A stretch of 64,000 nucleotides of DNA from the NCBI GenBank assembly GCA_964351975.1, contig CAYGPK010000003.1:91617-155616 (forward strand). Direction: 5' to 3'. How positions within the stretch are numbered: position 1 is the first letter of the stretch; each line of letters starts with the position of its first letter. This DNA comes from an uncultured Methanosarcinales archaeon. GTDB lineage: Archaea > Nanobdellota > Nanobdellia > Woesearchaeales > UBA583. A program made the position numbers and the translations under genes. Positions 19,690 to 27,894 of the stretch are shown in pieces. Below the pieces are notes generated by a model. That model did no database searches and was not told the origin of the DNA. It saw nothing but the letters and a program-made list of their open reading frames with translations.

Positions 19690-19792
19690 TTATATATAAT
19701 CTTTGCGGTTTTTACTAAATATAAGTCTCAATAAAAAGCTTTATAAATAAATAACTATTAAGTAGTAATAACAATTAAACAAAATAATACTA

Positions 19793-21766
19793 ATGTATAT
19801 TATAATAAAAATGAAAACAAAAAATATTTCAATTATACTTGGGGCGGTTTTAGCTCTTTTTTTATCATTGATGTTAGCAAATGCTGTACAAAGTTTTACT
19901 GTGAGCCCATCAACAGTTACTGATACAACAGCTTTGGGTGTTTCTGATTCAACAGACATCACAATTACAAATACTGGGAATGAAAGTATTGATATTGCAG
20001 TTACAAAGAGTAATTTGGCTTTAAATAGTAATTCTGTAACAATCACTCTAAATGATACTGCATTAACTCTTGCAAGTGGAGCTTCAGCAAAAGTTAAAGC
20101 ATCTTATACTCCTTCAGGTGTTCCTTCAGGATCATATGCTGGTAGCGTAACTGTTACAAATGATGACAATTCATCTCAAAGTTCAACTGTTACTTTTACA
20201 GTTACTGTTAATAGTGCTGGAGAGTCAGTTGAAGTAGTTGGTGTTGATGAGGGAGATTCACTTACTATGAGCGGGGACATTGATGATAAAGAAACTAAAA
20301 CTTTTAAGCTTAGAAATAATGGTAATGTTGATTTAACAAATGTTAGAATTTCAGTATCTGATTTAGATGGGCAAGACGGTTCAGATGAAATTGATTCTGG
20401 TGATGTTGATGTTAATGATGATAATTTTGATTTAGATATTGATGATAGTGAAAGATTTGAAATTGAAGTTGATATTCCTGATGATATTGAAGAAGATACA
20501 TATGTTGGTATTGTTACAATAACAACTGGTGAAGGTTATGAATTTGAATTTGAATTAGAAGTTGAAGTTACAGGTGGAAACGCAGATTTAGAAATTAGTT
20601 CTAGCGTTTTGAGTGTTTCAGGTGGTGTTATGAAAATCATTGGTGAGGCTGGAGATACTGAAGATAATTATGAATTTCAAATTAGAAATGTTGGAAATTT
20701 AAATGTTAATGATATTACATTTGAATTAGATGGAGATTTAGAAGAAGAATTTTCTTCAGCAACAATTGATGAGAGTTTTGTTACTTTTAGTCCTAGTTCA
20801 ATTGATTTAGAAGATGGTGATAGAGATGAGATTGAAGTTACTGTTGAAATTCCTAGTGACGCGCAAAGTGGAACTTATTTTGCTGAAATTAGAGCTGTAT
20901 CTTCAACTGGTAAAGTTTTTGATGATATAAGACTTGAAGTTAAAGTTGTGGGAGATGTTTATATTGATTCAATTACTTATGATAATGAAGTTACACCTGG
21001 TGATAATTTGGATGTTGAAGTAGTTGTTAAAAACCAAGGATCAAGTATTGTTAGAAGTTTAAAGATTACTGGAACTTTATTTGATATTGACATTGGAAAT
21101 TCTGATATTACAGAGAGTTCATCAACTTTTTTACTTGAATCTGGTTCTGAGAAAACAGAAATAATTAGATTTAAAATTCCTGCAGAAGCTAGTGATGGTA
21201 GTCATACTTTAGAGTTAAGACTTGATTTTGGTGATGATGAATTAGTTGAAGTGCAAGAAGTTATTGTTTCAAGACCTGTTCATAAAATTAATTTTGAAAG
21301 TTTTGGAGTAAATCCTGGTGTTATTAAATGTGAAGGTTCTTTATACACATTTGCAAAAGTTCAAAATTTAGGAAAATTTGATGAAGACGTTAAATTTACA
21401 ACAACAATTATTGGAACTGGAATTACAAAAACAAGTAGTACGTTTGAATTAGAGGTTGATGAGAACTATCAAAATAATCAAGTATTAGATGTTAGTGGAA
21501 TAGATGCTGGAACTTATAAAGTTGAACATAAGGTTTCTTATAATTCAAATTTATTTGTTAAACAAGAAAGTAGTTTAAGAGTGGATGAATGTCGTGATAC
21601 TAGTGTTGGAATTGATATTGATCCAATTCAACCAACTAATGAGACTAATTCAACTCCAAATACTTATAGTTTATTTGGAAGCGATATTCCTAAAACAACA
21701 GTTTATTTAGGTGGTGGAATCGGAGCTGTATTTGTTTTAATACTTGTAACATTATTTTTCCTATAA
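19793..21766 (+). CDS. cell-surface (S-layer-like) protein with repeated beta-sandwich (CARDB-like) modules, acidic linker and C-terminal TM anchor
   Basis: Signal peptide (likely start MKTKNISII at 19811), T/S/V-rich repeated modules, a D/E-rich stretch, C-terminal GGGIGAVFVLILVTLFFL. Confidence 0.65.
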   Translation: MYIIIKMKTKNISIILGAVLALFLSLMLANAVQSFTVSPSTVTDTTALGVSDSTDITITNTGNESIDIAVTKSNLALNSNSVTITLNDTALTLASGASAKVKASYTPSGVPSGSYAGSVTVTNDDNSSQSSTVTFTVTVNSAGESVEVVGVDEGDSLTMSGDIDDKETKTFKLRNNGNVDLTNVRISVSDLDGQDGSDEIDSGDVDVNDDNFDLDIDDSERFEIEVDIPDDIEEDTYVGIVTITTGEGYEFEFELEVEVTGGNADLEISSSVLSVSGGVMKIIGEAGDTEDNYEFQIRNVGNLNVNDITFELDGDLEEEFSSATIDESFVTFSPSSIDLEDGDRDEIEVTVEIPSDAQSGTYFAEIRAVSSTGKVFDDIRLEVKVVGDVYIDSITYDNEVTPGDNLDVEVVVKNQGSSIVRSLKITGTLFDIDIGNSDITESSSTFLLESGSEKTEIIRFKIPAEASDGSHTLELRLDFGDDELVEVQEVIVSRPVHKINFESFGVNPGVIKCEGSLYTFAKVQNLGKFDEDVKFTTTIIGTGITKTSSTFELEVDENYQNNQVLDVSGIDAGTYKVEHKVSYNSNLFVKQESSLRVDECRDTSVGIDIDPIQPTNETNSTPNTYSLFGSDIPKTTVYLGGGIGAVFVLILVTLFFL

Positions 21767-21801
21767 ATTTATAGGAATTTAATCTAATTTATTTTCTAAT
21801 T

Positions 21802-22713
21802 TTATTTTTCTTTTTTCTTTTCTTTTTTATTTGGAAAAGAAATTCCTATTTCTTTTAGTATAAATGATTTAACTGATTTTTCTGTGGTGTAATGATATTT
21901 TGTTAAACTAATTTCAAATGAGAGCGTTATGGTTTCTTTTTCAAGCTTTAAGATTTCAATGTGTATATCTTCTAATTTAGAAATATTGTCAGAGAATTCT
22001 TTGAATATTTTTTTTATTATTTTGGATTTTTCTTTTTCAAATTTATTTAAATCATTTCTTAAGATAAGTGCTTCAATTAAAATATTTTTTAAAGAACCCT
22101 TACTGTAGTTCGTAATTTCTTTAGATAGAAAATTAGAATTTGGAATGTAAACCATATCTCCACTATCATTTTTAATTTGAACATTTTGAAATGTTATATC
22201 AACAATTCTACCTTTGTTATCACCCATTTTTATAGTGTCTTTAATTCTAAAGTCATTTGAAAACATTAATATAATTCCATTAATAAAATTTGAAACATAA
22301 TCTTTAAATATTAGAACAAGTGCAACTGCAACAATACTAAGAGAAGTTAATAGTGTTGTTATTTTGATAACTAATACATTAATTAGTAAAAGAATGAATA
22401 GTAAATGATTCAAAAAGAACGAGATTCTATCTATTGCAATTGTTAAATTATCTTTGTGACCTATTTGTAAATTATTTTTTTTGAAATAAACATAGATAAA
22501 TGCTAACTTTCCATAATTAAATATTATATTTAATAAAAAATAATAAAAAGTTAAAAAAATTATTTTTCTAATTGTTTCAAATTTTGAGATAATATCTTTA
22601 TTAAGATACCATAATACTGTTATAACTATTAAAATTAGAAATTTATAGTATATAGAGGAGAAATGTTGTGGATTTTTTAAAAAAATTAATTTATCTTTTA
22701 TTGTTTCAGTCAT
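21802..22713 (-). CDS. small-conductance mechanosensitive channel (MscS family)
   Basis: TM helices followed by FRIKDTIKMGDNKGRIVDITFQNVQIKNDSGDMVYIPNSNF, the MscS beta-domain signature. Confidence 0.8.
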   Translation of the reverse strand: MTETIKDKLIFLKNPQHFSSIYYKFLILIVITVLWYLNKDIISKFETIRKIIFLTFYYFLLNIIFNYGKLAFIYVYFKKNNLQIGHKDNLTIAIDRISFFLNHLLFILLLINVLVIKITTLLTSLSIVAVALVLIFKDYVSNFINGIILMFSNDFRIKDTIKMGDNKGRIVDITFQNVQIKNDSGDMVYIPNSNFLSKEITNYSKGSLKNILIEALILRNDLNKFEKEKSKIIKKIFKEFSDNISKLEDIHIEILKLEKETITLSFEISLTKYHYTTEKSVKSFILKEIGISFPNKKEKKKEK

Positions 22714-22791
22714 ATTATTATAATGAGTTTGCCTTTAATTTATAAATTTGTTTAACTTAGAATTAGATTAGTTTTTTATTTAAATATATTT

Positions 22792-23175
22792 TTAGTGAAC
22801 AATAATTGTTCCAATCATTTCAGGATGAATCTTACAGTTATATTCAAATTCTCCAATTTCATTAAATACAAAAGAGAATGTTTCTCCTTTTTGAATTGTA
22901 TTAGAGTCAAAGTAATTTTCTGAAGTTATAGTATGTCCTTGTGAGTCATAGTTTGTCCAGATTACTTTTGTTCCTTTCCCAATTACTATATCATCAGGGT
23001 TAAATTGCGAATTTCTAATTGAGATATCAATAACATTTTCATCAGTAACTTCTAAACCTATATTGTTATTAATTGAACTACATCCTGTAAAAAATAATAT
23101 AAAAAAGAGAAAGATTATTTTTTTCATTTTTGATATATTGTATAATGATTTGCTTTTAAACATTTGTTTTTTCAT
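22792..23175 (-). CDS. type-1 copper (cupredoxin) lipoprotein
   Basis: Lipobox FFTGC. Cu ligands GHT ... YNCKIHPEMIG (His, Cys, His, Met). Confidence 0.75.
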   Translation of the reverse strand: MKKQMFKSKSLYNISKMKKIIFLFFILFFTGCSSINNNIGLEVTDENVIDISIRNSQFNPDDIVIGKGTKVIWTNYDSQGHTITSENYFDSNTIQKGETFSFVFNEIGEFEYNCKIHPEMIGTIIVH

Positions 23176-23623
23176 TTTTTGCTGTTTTAACTAGTTTTTT
23201 GATAACAAAATAAGTTATAGTTGAGATTATTGGTGCTGTTATTAGTGAACCTACTAGAAACCTTCTTGAAACATTAAATAAATTATCCCAAAAAGTAATA
23301 TTAAAATATACAGCACTTTGACCTTGAAAAATCAAATTTCCGATATAATAATTTAGAACGTGGATTGGGTATAAAATTATTGCATTAAGAATAATTATTG
23401 CACCAAATAATGAAATTTTACTTACTTTTGGATAAATTAGAATAACTAATAAGGCTAATAAATAGTCTATTCCAAAAAATGCAGGTAGTATTTCAATAAA
23501 TGTACCTATAGCAAAACCAAGTGCAATTTCATGTGGGGTTGTTTTTATTCTTAAAATTTCATAGAAATGGTGTTTAATTTTTTCACAGAATTTTTTAAAG
23601 AAGTTTTTTAGTATTGTGTACAT
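23156..23623 (-). CDS. DUF2062-like membrane protein
   Basis: TPHEIALGFAIGTFIEILP motif and 3-4 TM helices. Confidence 0.5.
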   Translation of the reverse strand: MYTILKNFFKKFCEKIKHHFYEILRIKTTPHEIALGFAIGTFIEILPAFFGIDYLLALLVILIYPKVSKISLFGAIIILNAIILYPIHVLNYYIGNLIFQGQSAVYFNITFWDNLFNVSRRFLVGSLITAPIISTITYFVIKKLVKTAKNEKTNV

Positions 23624-23718
23624 TAATTGTAAATTAATCTTATTATTTAAATAATATTGTATTGTTTCTGGAGAAATAAGAGAGTAAAGTTATGGATTTG
23701 AAATGTTACAAAAATCTT

Positions 23719-23879
23719 GATTTTTGAACGTCCAAGAATTTATGAAATAAATTGTTGAGAACCGCAATGTAATTGCGGGTGAAAAGAGAACCAAAGATAG
23801 GGGTTTGAGCTCAACAATTTTCAGAAGTTGTATAGAAAAATTCTTGGCTCCCAAAAGGAACCAAGGTTCAAATCTTAAG
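23719..23879. ncRNA. candidate structured RNA / tRNA-linked element of unknown class
   Basis: Nested perfect inverted repeats: 23732-23741/23838-23847 (10 bp), 23749-23759/23810-23820 (11 bp), 23762-23768/23772-23778 (7 bp), 23843-23847/23861-23865 (5 bp). GC content is higher than in neighbouring spacers and there is no credible ORF. Confidence 0.35.
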
Positions 23880-23961
23880 CGCCAAAGACGGGATTTGAAC
23901 CCGCAATTCCATAGGAACAGCATTAGCAGTGCTGCGCAATACCAGATTATGCGACCTTGGC
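23880..23961 (-). tRNA. tRNA-Ser (anticodon GCU)
   Basis: Hand-folded 82-nt cloverleaf: acceptor GCCAAGG/CTTTGGC, D-arm GCAT-AATCTGGTA-TTGC, anticodon stem CAGCA/TGCTG with loop CTGCTAA, long variable arm TTCC-TAT-GGAA, T-arm GCGGG-TTCAAAT-CCCGT, discriminator G. CCA is not encoded. Confidence 0.85.
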
Positions 23962-24055
23962 AATATAAATAGATATATGTAATAATATTATCTCTAGTCT
24001 CTTTTTAAAGTTTTTCTTTTGATTTTTACTTAGAAATAATATGCTTCTAGAAACT

Positions 24056-24063
24056 TTTATAAA
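24056..24063 (+). promoter_or_regulatory. TATA box (TTTATAAA) for the 55-aa Zn-ribbon ORF
   Basis: Ends 23 nt before ATG 24086. Confidence 0.5.
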
Positions 24064-24085
24064 CGAATTATCTTTTCTTTAAGTT

Positions 24086-24253
24086 ATGGTAGAAGCTAAA
24101 TTTGATGAATACGGTAATAAAATCGTAAATGAACCAGCTAGTATTACTTTTAAATGTCCAAAGTGTAATGGTAGTGAAATTTCAAGAAGTAAAAACGCAA
24201 GACAACTTTCTAAAGAGTATACTTGTTCTAAATGTGGATTTGTTGGTCCTTAA
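24086..24253 (+). CDS. small zinc-ribbon protein (55 aa, not in the ORF track)
   Basis: MVEAKFDEYGNKIVNEPASITFKCPKCNGSEISRSKNARQLSKEYTCSKCGFVGP, with CPKC...CSKC. A TATA box (24056-24063) lies 23 nt upstream of the ATG, matching the local leaderless rule. Confidence 0.55.
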   Translation: MVEAKFDEYGNKIVNEPASITFKCPKCNGSEISRSKNARQLSKEYTCSKCGFVGP

Positions 24254-24262
24254 ATTTTAGAA

Positions 24263-24865
24263 ATGAAAAAAATATTATTTTTATTTTTGGTTTTTTTAGT
24301 TCTATTTACTGGATGCTCTCAAAGTGATTCAGAAAAAGATTCAAATAGTAATAAAATGGGAAATATAGTTAATGTAGAGACAAATTACGGAAGTTTTAAG
24401 ATTGAGTTATTTTTAAATGAAAGTCCAATTACGGCTGGAAATTTTAAAAAGTTAGTAGAGTCAGGATATTATGATAATACTAAATTTCATAGAATTATTG
24501 ATGGGTTTATGATTCAAGGTGGAGATCCTCTTACTAAGAATGATAGTTTGGTTTCAAGATGGGGCACAGGTGGACCTGGATATGCAATTGAAGATGAATT
24601 TGTGAAAGGTTTATCTAATACTTATGGAACAATTTCAATGGCTAATTCAGGACCTAATTCAGGTGGTTCTCAATTTTTTATTAATGTTGCTGACAATAGT
24701 AATTTAGATTGGGATAAACAACCCTCAAGCAGTAAACATCCAGTTTTTGGAAAGGTTATAGAGGGTATTAATGTTGTTGAGAAAATTTCAAAAGTTCAAA
24801 CTAATGGAAGGCCATATGATAGACCTATTGAAGCTGTGATTATTGAATCTGCTACAATTGAGTAA
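24263..24865 (+). CDS. cyclophilin-type peptidyl-prolyl isomerase, lipoprotein
   Basis: Lipobox LFTGC, plus FHRIIDGFMIQGGDP and SMANSGPNSGGSQFFIN cyclophilin signatures. Confidence 0.9.
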   Translation: MKKILFLFLVFLVLFTGCSQSDSEKDSNSNKMGNIVNVETNYGSFKIELFLNESPITAGNFKKLVESGYYDNTKFHRIIDGFMIQGGDPLTKNDSLVSRWGTGGPGYAIEDEFVKGLSNTYGTISMANSGPNSGGSQFFINVADNSNLDWDKQPSSSKHPVFGKVIEGINVVEKISKVQTNGRPYDRPIEAVIIESATIE

Positions 24866-24881
24866 ATTTTTAATAGTTAAT

Positions 24882-24889
24882 TTTATATA
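24882..24889 (+). promoter_or_regulatory. TATA box (TTTATATA) for the NUDIX gene
   Basis: Ends 22 nt before ATG 24911. Confidence 0.55.
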
Positions 24890-24910
24890 TTTCTTTTTTT
24901 ATTAATTCTT

Positions 24911-25393
24911 ATGAGTTCTAAAAAACCACTTAGCGTTGTTATTTCTGCGGTAATTTTCAATAATAAAATAATGCTTATTAAAAGAGAAAGGGGAGATTAT
25001 ATAGGACTTCTTGCACTTCCAGGAGGAAAGCTTGATTTAACTGAAAATATTTCAGAAGGTTCTATTCGTGAAATTGAGGAAGAGACTGGAATTAAATGTG
25101 AGTTTGAAGAATATTTAGGAACTGTTTCTGAACTTTTATATGAAAGAGATGAGATTGTTGCTAATTTAGTTTTACACCTTTGCAAATTAAATTCTAATTC
25201 AATAGAGATTAAAAGTAGTTCTGCTGGGGTTGTAGATTGGTATGATTTAGATTCTATTGATGAAATACAAGATGAATTGATTCCTAGTGATTATTTGATG
25301 ATTAAAAGAATGATACTAAATAGAGAAAAGAATTATTTTGATTGCATTATTAAAAAATACGAAAATGAATATTTTTTAGAAAAGTTTGAGTAG
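24911..25393 (+). CDS. NUDIX hydrolase
   Basis: Nudix box LPGGKLDLTENISEGSIREIEEETGI. Confidence 0.85.
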   Translation: MSSKKPLSVVISAVIFNNKIMLIKRERGDYIGLLALPGGKLDLTENISEGSIREIEEETGIKCEFEEYLGTVSELLYERDEIVANLVLHLCKLNSNSIEIKSSSAGVVDWYDLDSIDEIQDELIPSDYLMIKRMILNREKNYFDCIIKKYENEYFLEKFE

Positions 25394-25499
25394 TTTTTAA
25401 GAGCGACCAAGAATTTAGAATAAATTGTTGAGTATGTTATTAGAAAGTATGATGAAGGATATTTATTGGTGAAGTTTGAGTGAATTTCAATCATAATCC

Positions 25500-25507
25500 T
25501 TATAAAA
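25500..25507 (+). promoter_or_regulatory. TATA box (TTATAAAA) for taw1
   Basis: Ends 21 nt before ATG 25528. Confidence 0.5.
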
Positions 25508-25527
25508 CTATATTTCTTTACATTATT

Positions 25528-26601
25528 ATGACAAATCAATTAGATGATGCTTCTAAACAAACTTTGATTGATCAAGGTTATTCTGTAGTTGGTAATCATA
25601 GTGTTGTTAAAGTGTGTGGTTGGACTAAGAATACTTTAAAAGGAAAAGGTGGTTGTTATAAATTAAAATTCTACGGTATTAAATCTCATCAGTGCATGCA
25701 GATGTCAACTTCTGTTTCTTGCGCTAATCGTTGTTCTTTTTGTTGGCGTGATTATAAATCTCCTGTTTCAAAAGAGTGGGATTGGGGGGTTGATGATCCT
25801 ACTTTTATTTTAGATGAATCTCTTAAAGCTCATAATAAACAGTTAAATGGTTTTGGAGGACGTGAGGGAACACCTAAAAGATTGTATGAACAATCAAAAG
25901 AAGTTGCGCACGTTGCGCTTTCTTTAACTGGTGAGCCTATTGCTTATCCACGAATGAACGAGATGGTTGAAGACTTTCATAGTAGAAAAATAAGTACTTT
26001 TATTGTAACAAATGCACAGTTTCCAGATTGTATAAGAACGCTTTATCCAATCACTCAATTGTATATAAGTATGGATGCACCTAATCCTAAAACTTTAAAG
26101 GAACTTGATGTTCCACTTTTTAAAAATTACTGGGAGAGATTCATTCAAAGTTTAGATTATATGGCTCTTCGTAATGATAGGTCAGCTATTAGAATTACTT
26201 GTGTTAAAGGAGTTAATATGATTGATCCGGAGGGCTATGCTAAACTTATTATGAGAGCAAATGCAGATTTAGTCGAAGTAAAGTCCTATATGCACGTAGG
26301 TGCTAGTCGAGATAGATTAGATTTTGAAAATATGCCTAAATGCGAAGAGATTATAGAGTTTACAAATAAGATACTTGAGTTCTTGCCTGATTTTGAATAC
26401 GTTGCGCATCACGCACCTAGTCGTGTTTCTTTAATTGCAAGAAAAAAGTACAATAAACAAACTTGGATTAACTATCCTAAATTTTTCGAAGATTATGAGA
26501 AGATGCTTGAAGAGTTTAAAAATACTGATTTTAAATCTGTAGAGTTTAAATACAGAGATGATCCTGTGGAAGATAGAAGTTACGTTGTTGATAACTCCTA
26601 A
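25528..26601 (+). CDS. taw1: tRNA 4-demethylwyosine synthase (radical SAM, Taw1/TYW1); start re-called
   Basis: CANRCSFCWRD radical-SAM cluster with TYW1-like flanks. The ORF track begins at a GTG (25480). ATG 25528 (MTNQLDD) is preferred because a TATA box at 25500-25507 lies 21 nt upstream. Confidence 0.85.
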   Translation: MTNQLDDASKQTLIDQGYSVVGNHSVVKVCGWTKNTLKGKGGCYKLKFYGIKSHQCMQMSTSVSCANRCSFCWRDYKSPVSKEWDWGVDDPTFILDESLKAHNKQLNGFGGREGTPKRLYEQSKEVAHVALSLTGEPIAYPRMNEMVEDFHSRKISTFIVTNAQFPDCIRTLYPITQLYISMDAPNPKTLKELDVPLFKNYWERFIQSLDYMALRNDRSAIRITCVKGVNMIDPEGYAKLIMRANADLVEVKSYMHVGASRDRLDFENMPKCEEIIEFTNKILEFLPDFEYVAHHAPSRVSLIARKKYNKQTWINYPKFFEDYEKMLEEFKNTDFKSVEFKYRDDPVEDRSYVVDNS

Positions 26602-26603
26602 CC

Positions 26604-26611
26604 TTTATAAA
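26604..26611 (+). promoter_or_regulatory. TATA box (TTTATAAA) upstream of the uORF/aRF1
   Basis: Ends 22 nt before ATG 26633 (the uORF) and 87 nt before aRF1 ATG 26698. Confidence 0.5.
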
Positions 26612-26632
26612 CATTTAATTATTAATTTTACT

Positions 26633-26701
26633 ATGATACAAAAAATTTTCAATAATTTTTTGAACAATTTGAAAATTTCACGAGGTTCAACTTTAAAATG
26701 A
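26633..26701 (+). CDS. candidate 22-codon leaderless upstream ORF overlapping the aRF1 start (ATGA)
   Basis: ATG 26633 lies exactly 22 nt after the TATA box at 26604-26611. It encodes MIQKIFNNFLNNLKISRGSTLK. Its TGA (26699-26701) overlaps the aRF1 ATG (26698-26700). Confidence 0.3.
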   Translation: MIQKIFNNFLNNLKISRGSTLK

Positions 26702-27798
26702 GTAATTTATCAGCAAAGTTAAAATTTAGAAAATTAATTAAGCAATTAAAACAGTACAGAGGCAGGCATACAGAACTTATTACTATGTATTTACCTTCTG
26801 GAACAGATTTAGCAAAAACTATTCAAACTTTATCTGATGAGCAAGGAACTGCAACTAATATTAAAGATAAGAATACAGGAAAATCAGTTCAAGCAGCGCT
26901 TGAGAGAATTATTCGTGCTCTTAAAACTATGGAAAGAGGTGTTCCAGGTAATGGTCTTGCAATTTTTTCAGGTAATATTTCTGATCGTGATAATGTTCAA
27001 GATTTTCAAGTTTTTACAGTTGAACCGCCTGAACCTGTCCCACTTAAACTTTATAGGTGTGAGCAGAAATTTATTACAGCTCCACTTGAAGAGATGGATG
27101 CTAATGAGGCAACTTATGGATTAATTGTTATTGATAAAGGAGAGGCTACAGTTGGAACACTTGTTGGTTCAAGCATTAAAGTTATTAGAAATTTAAATTC
27201 AACTGTTCCAGGAAAATTTAAAGCAGGAGGTCAAAGTGCACAAAGATTTGCTCGTATTCGTGAAGGTGCTGCAATTGAGTTTTATAAGAGAGTTGCTGAT
27301 ATCGCAATTCAAGAATTTACTTTTATGAAACAACTAAAAGGAATTATTGTTGGTGGACCTGGTACTACTAAGAATAATTTTGTTGATGGAAATTATATGA
27401 ATGAGCAGATTAAAGATAAGATTCTTGCAATAAAGGATATTACTTATACAAATGCTTTTGGACTAAAGGAATTATTTGATGTTTCTCAAGATGTTTTAAC
27501 TGATACTGAAGTTATGGAAGAGAGAAGAGTTTTACAAGAGTTTTTAGAGACTTTGGGTAAGAGCACTAATATGGTTGTTTATGGTATGAAAAATACTAAA
27601 CTTGCACTTGAGATGGGAGCTATTGAGAAATTAATTGTAATTGATGATGTTGTATCAGATGAAGATTTAGAAGAGTTATCTGGTCTTCAAGAAGCAAGTA
27701 AAGCTGTTATGCATTTAGTAACAGATAAGACGCCTGAGGGTGTTCAATTTAAAGGACTTACTGGAATTGGTGGAATACTTAGATATCCAATTACATAA
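26698..27798 (+). CDS. prf1: peptide chain release factor aRF1
   Basis: GGQSAQRFARIRE (GGQ motif), TNIKDK (NIKS-like decoding motif), eRF1 three-domain length. Confidence 0.9.
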   Translation: MSNLSAKLKFRKLIKQLKQYRGRHTELITMYLPSGTDLAKTIQTLSDEQGTATNIKDKNTGKSVQAALERIIRALKTMERGVPGNGLAIFSGNISDRDNVQDFQVFTVEPPEPVPLKLYRCEQKFITAPLEEMDANEATYGLIVIDKGEATVGTLVGSSIKVIRNLNSTVPGKFKAGGQSAQRFARIREGAAIEFYKRVADIAIQEFTFMKQLKGIIVGGPGTTKNNFVDGNYMNEQIKDKILAIKDITYTNAFGLKELFDVSQDVLTDTEVMEERRVLQEFLETLGKSTNMVVYGMKNTKLALEMGAIEKLIVIDDVVSDEDLEELSGLQEASKAVMHLVTDKTPEGVQFKGLTGIGGILRYPIT

Positions 27799-27818
27799 AA
27801 TATTATTTCATAATATTT
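27798..27818 (+). terminator. A/U hairpin plus T-run after aRF1
   Basis: AAATATTAT-TTC-ATAATATTT is a perfect 9-bp inverted repeat starting at the aRF1 stop codon, followed by T-rich sequence. Confidence 0.3.
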
Positions 27819-27894
27819 TATTGAAGGTGATTGGGAATTGCGATAAGGGGAAAGGCGATGATATTATTTGAGATGAAAAAAGGGTTCAATAAGT

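Noticed and set aside
23650-23880. RNase P RNA or SRP RNA identity for the structured spacer
   Set aside because: I could not find the conserved P4 or CR-I-type GAGGAAAGUCC-like sequence. GGGTGAAAAG alone is too short to count. I also found no SRP helix-8 motifs. The region is left as an unknown class.
23844-23886. Plus-strand tRNA-like fragment (TTGGCTC ... GGTTCAAATC ... GCGCCA)
   Set aside because: The T-stem would have only 3 pairs, there is no D arm or anticodon arm, and the acceptor has a mismatch. It is better explained as an inverted partial copy or complement of the tRNA-Ser T-arm than as a gene or a split-tRNA half.
23690-23923. 77-aa minus-strand ORF from the ORF track
   Set aside because: It overlaps the tRNA-Ser gene and the stem-rich spacer. 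Its composition is driven by the RNA structure (W/F/L/R-rich), and it has no promoter at the canonical distance. It is most likely spurious.
25445-25500. Box C/D sRNA (ATGATGA at 25448-25454)
   Set aside because: There is a C-box-like heptamer but no CUGA D box at an appropriate distance, and no terminal stem or C'/D' pair.
25480-25527. GTG start at 25480 for the Taw1/TYW1 gene
   Set aside because: The extension (MNFNHNPYKTIFLYII) would include the TATA box itself. ATG 25528 fits the 21-23 nt promoter spacing and the usual TYW1 N-terminus.
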